In this document: positions 15,964 to 19,016 of the stretch, piece after piece
How positions within the stretch are numbered: the stretch's first letter is position 1
Layout of the letters: every line of letters begins with the position of its first letter
Assembly: GCA_052390515.1 (NCBI GenBank)
Contig: JBQTGV010000075.1
Coordinates: 1-19,016 of the forward strand
Length of the DNA stretch: 19,016 nucleotides
Direction: 5' to 3'
DNA from: Candidatus Eiseniibacteriota bacterium
Lineage (GTDB): Bacteria; ARS69
Notes under the pieces: generated by a model
Seen by the model: the letters and a program-made list of their open reading frames with translations, nothing else
The model's database searches: none
What the model was told of the DNA's origin: nothing
Made by a program: the position numbers and the translations under genes

Positions 15964-18678
15964 ATGACGAGTCTCCCGGACAGCCTCAGCACCAGCTCCG
16001 AGGCGCGGCCGGCCGGCGCCCCCCGGGTCGCCGCCGCCGCCGCCGCCCGTTCCTACGACTTGGCGAACCGCATCGTGGCGGGGGCGGTCGGGCTCTCCAT
16101 CTTCTCGGTCTACGTGATCACCCTCTCGCCCGACGTCTCGTTCTGGGACTCCGGCGAGTTCATCGCCACGTCGCACGCGATGGGGATTCCGCACCCGCCG
16201 GGCACGCCGCTCTACGTGCTCATGGGCCGCGTCTTCTCCCTGCTCTTCCACGGGCTACTGGGGGTGGCGTCTCCCGCGCAGGCCGTGAATCTTCTGAGCG
16301 CGCTGCCCAGCGCCATCGCCGCCGTGTTCCTCTACCTGTGCGTCGTGCGGGTCGGAAAGCGCCTGTGGAACGACGGCGTGCAGTCGACCTTCTGTCTCCC
16401 CGCCACGATCGCCGGCGCGACCGCGGCGATCTTCGCCGCGTTCTCCAACACCCTGTGGATCGACTCCATCGAGGCCGAGGTGTACGCGGTCAGCGGCATG
16501 TGGGCGGTCTTCACCACCTGGCTGGTCCTGCTCTGGGCGGACTCGGAGCCGAGGGACGAGCGCCTGCTGGTGGTGACCGCCTACCTGCTGTCGCTGAACA
16601 TCGGTGTGCACTTGGCGACCTACCTGGCCGCGCTGGCCATCCTGCCCTTCGCCTTCCTCCACGAGCGGCGCATCGCCATCCCGGTGAGCTTCGCCGTCGT
16701 GCTGGCAATGGCGAAGGACCTGCAGTTCTTCCTGGTCGTGGTCGGTCTGCTCATCCTGACCACGCTACAGCTCGCGCTGCTACCCGCTGCGTACCGGGAG
16801 CGCTACCGCTGGACGCTGATGCTGGCACACGGTGTCGCCGTGCTCCTCGCGGTGTGGGCGGTCACGTCGATGACGCCCTCGGCGCTGCGCAACCTGTTCA
16901 TCGCCGTGCCGCCGCTGGTCGCCTTCTTCCTGCCGGTGATCGCCCTGCCGGTGCCGAAGAAGCTGGAGAATCCGTTCACCGACCTGGGGTTCCTGCTCGG
17001 TCTGGTGACCGTGCTCGGATTCACCTGCCACCTCTACCTGCCCATCCGCTCCGCGCTGGATCCCGCGATCAACGAGGCGCAGCCGGACAACTGGGACGCG
17101 TTCTGGAAGCTCATTCTCCGCGACCAGTACAAGCCCACCAGCGTCCTCGACCGGCAAGCCACGTGGGTGTACCAGTTCGACCACATGTTCTGGCGCTACC
17201 TGCGCGAACAGTGGAGCCCGGCGTTCCTGGCGCTGCTGGCCGTGCCCGGAGTACTGGTGCACCTGCGCCGCGATCGCCGCACGTTCGTGCTCTTCGGACT
17301 GCTCTTCCTGTGGACCTCGGCGGCGCTCGTCTTCAAGATGAACTTCACCGATCAGGAAGTCCGCGAGCGCGATTACTTCTTCGCGCCGGGCTTCTTCTAC
17401 TTCGCCGTGTGGATGGGCCTGGGACTCGGCTGGCTCTCGAGTCTGGTGATGAGCGGCGTCTCGGCGCCGCTGCGTCGCGGGGCGGGGCTCGTCACCGCGG
17501 GCGTGTGCGTCTTCATCGCCGGCGTGCCGATGGCCCGCGGCTGGGAGTCGCACGACCGGCGCGGCAACTGGATCGCGAACGACTACGCCTACAACATGCT
17601 CGCGGGCCTGGAGCAAGACGCCGTCCTGTTCACCAACGGCGACAACGACACGTTCCCGCTGTGGTACTTGCAGGAGGTGGAGGGGTTCCGCAAGGACGTG
17701 CGCATCGTGAACCTCTCCCTGCTGAACACGCCGTGGTACGGCGAGCAGATCCGGGACCAGGAGCCGCGCGTACCCATGAGCCTGACCACCGAACAGCTCT
17801 GGGAGCTCACTCCGTTCCGGGACTCCAACACCGGCAAGGTCTGGTACGTGAAGGACATCGTGGGCACGGACATCGTCCAGACCATCCGGCGCCAGGGCAA
17901 CCAGAGGCCGCTGTACTTCGCGGTGACCGTGGACGACCTGCTCGGCTTCGACGACGAGATGCACCTCGAGGGGCTCGTCTTCCGGGTCGCGCCGTCCCGG
18001 GGAGCGACGGCGCTCTCGACCGATGACCCCGAGCTCGGCACGGCCGGAGCGGAGATCGCCGGCGACGTGAACCTGAGCGCGACACGCCGGAACCTGGAGG
18101 AGGTCTACCGCTACCGGGGTCTCCTGGACGAGAGCGGCAAGCTGGATCCCACCGTGTACCGGGACGAGAACGAGCAGAAGCTGGTCACGAACTACGCCGC
18201 GGCGTGGGCGCGGATGGCCATCGCCTACCGTGATCGCGGGGACATGGACCAGGCGCTCGCCTGCATCCGCCGCGCGATCGACATCGCGCCGCACTACGAT
18301 CCGATCGTGGGCGGGCTCGGCGGCATGCTGCTGGAGTCCGGGCAGCTGGAAGAGGCGCAGGCGTTCTACCGCGAACGGCTCCGGACGCACCCCGAGGACG
18401 TCCGGGTGTATCTCGGGCTCGCGCTCGCGGCCGGGAAGACCGAGAAGTGGGAGGAGGCGCTCGAGTGGTACCTCGAGGGACTGCGTCTCGCTCCGGAGTC
18501 GCGGGAGCTGCTGGCCGGGCTGTTCGAGACCTGCCGGCGGCTCGGCCGCTGGACCGAGGCCGAGAACGTGCTGGTACAGTGGCTCAACATGCACCCCGGC
18601 GACCACTCCGCGCGCGCGTTCCTCGAGGACATCCGCCGGCAGCGCCAGGCCGCGGAGTCGAGTCGGGCGGCGAACTGA
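15964..18678 (+). CDS. DUF2723 / TMEM260-like GT-C glycosyltransferase (putative protein O-glycosyltransferase) with C-terminal TPRs (904 aa)
   Basis: SFWDSGEFIATSHAMGIPHPPGTPLY, EAEVYA, GVHL, YLPIRS..PAIN, ERDYFF, LFTNGDNDTFPLWYLQEVEGFRKDVRIVNLSLLNTPWY; many TM helices; TPR-like tail (GDMDQALACIRRAIDIAP, GQLEEAQAFY, WEEALEWYLEGLRLAP). Confidence 0.9.
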   Translation: MTSLPDSLSTSSEARPAGAPRVAAAAAARSYDLANRIVAGAVGLSIFSVYVITLSPDVSFWDSGEFIATSHAMGIPHPPGTPLYVLMGRVFSLLFHGLLGVASPAQAVNLLSALPSAIAAVFLYLCVVRVGKRLWNDGVQSTFCLPATIAGATAAIFAAFSNTLWIDSIEAEVYAVSGMWAVFTTWLVLLWADSEPRDERLLVVTAYLLSLNIGVHLATYLAALAILPFAFLHERRIAIPVSFAVVLAMAKDLQFFLVVVGLLILTTLQLALLPAAYRERYRWTLMLAHGVAVLLAVWAVTSMTPSALRNLFIAVPPLVAFFLPVIALPVPKKLENPFTDLGFLLGLVTVLGFTCHLYLPIRSALDPAINEAQPDNWDAFWKLILRDQYKPTSVLDRQATWVYQFDHMFWRYLREQWSPAFLALLAVPGVLVHLRRDRRTFVLFGLLFLWTSAALVFKMNFTDQEVRERDYFFAPGFFYFAVWMGLGLGWLSSLVMSGVSAPLRRGAGLVTAGVCVFIAGVPMARGWESHDRRGNWIANDYAYNMLAGLEQDAVLFTNGDNDTFPLWYLQEVEGFRKDVRIVNLSLLNTPWYGEQIRDQEPRVPMSLTTEQLWELTPFRDSNTGKVWYVKDIVGTDIVQTIRRQGNQRPLYFAVTVDDLLGFDDEMHLEGLVFRVAPSRGATALSTDDPELGTAGAEIAGDVNLSATRRNLEEVYRYRGLLDESGKLDPTVYRDENEQKLVTNYAAAWARMAIAYRDRGDMDQALACIRRAIDIAPHYDPIVGGLGGMLLESGQLEEAQAFYRERLRTHPEDVRVYLGLALAAGKTEKWEEALEWYLEGLRLAPESRELLAGLFETCRRLGRWTEAENVLVQWLNMHPGDHSARAFLEDIRRQRQAAESSRAAN

Positions 18679-18694
18679 GGCGGGGGAGGACGAC

Positions 18695-19016
18695 GTGGCG
18701 AAGCAGGTGATGGTCACCGGTTGCGCGGGCTTCATCGGGTCGCACCTGTGCGAGGCGCTGCTCGACCGCGGCGACGACGTGCTCGGCGTGGACTGCTTCT
18801 CCGACTACTATCCCCGCGCGGTCAAGGAGGCGAACCTCGAGTCGTTGCGCGGGCACGGGCGCTTCCGGTTCGTCGAGGCGGACCTCGCCGCCGCGGATCT
18901 GGCCCCGCTGGTCGCCGGCAGGAGCGCGGTCTACCACCTGGCCGCGCAGGCCGGGGTGCGGGCGAGCTGGGGAGCGCAGTTCGAGACCTACGTGCATCAA
19001 AACGTGCGCGCGACGC
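18695..19016 (+). CDS. NAD-dependent NDP-sugar epimerase/dehydratase (UDP-glucuronate 4-epimerase-like); 3'-truncated by the window edge
   Basis: Not in the ORF track. Manual translation from GTG 18695 (GGAGGA at 18685-18690): MAKQVMVTGCAGFIGSHLCEALLDRGDDVLGVDCFSDYYPRAVKEANL...VYHLAAQAGVRASWG. Confidence 0.88.
   Translation, partial: MAKQVMVTGCAGFIGSHLCEALLDRGDDVLGVDCFSDYYPRAVKEANLESLRGHGRFRFVEADLAAADLAPLVAGRSAVYHLAAQAGVRASWGAQFETYVHQNVRAT

Noticed and set aside
16030-16047. (GCC)n run in the DUF2723 5' region, and the poly-Gly codons near 7283-7300
   Set aside because: Short in-frame Ala/Gly runs common in high-GC genes; not a frameshifting contingency repeat.

Overview
High-GC bacterial chromosomal window, almost fully coding, with no rRNA, tRNA, CRISPR or recognisable mobile element. 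It has four blocks. (1) 1-5433: surface-glycan genes (3' end of a YfhO-like GT-C membrane protein, LPG-synthase-TM/flippase-like protein, CE4-type polysaccharide deacetylase, hexapeptide-repeat acyltransferase, and a convergent GT4 glycosyltransferase). (2) 5641-7795: two tail-to-tail paralogous secreted right-handed beta-helix proteins that both end in the short tail CGPVxxxxxSWGxIKxxYR*. (3) 7965-15893: a sigma70-type promoter and FMN riboswitch leading ribD-ribE-ribBA-ribH-nusB, continuing without intergenic space into a metallophosphoesterase, a GT4, gmd and an rmd-like reductase. (4) 15890-19016: a separate promoter, a 904-aa DUF2723/TMEM260-like GT-C protein with C-terminal TPRs, and the 5' end of an NDP-sugar epimerase. 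The most interesting hypothesis (inference) is a protein sorting and glycosylation system in which SWGxIKxxYR-tailed secreted proteins are substrates of the nearby GT-C enzymes and nucleotide-sugar pathway. From memory, this tail suggests an FCB-group candidate phylum (Eisenbacteria/Krumholzibacteriota/Latescibacterota-like); that is unverified.
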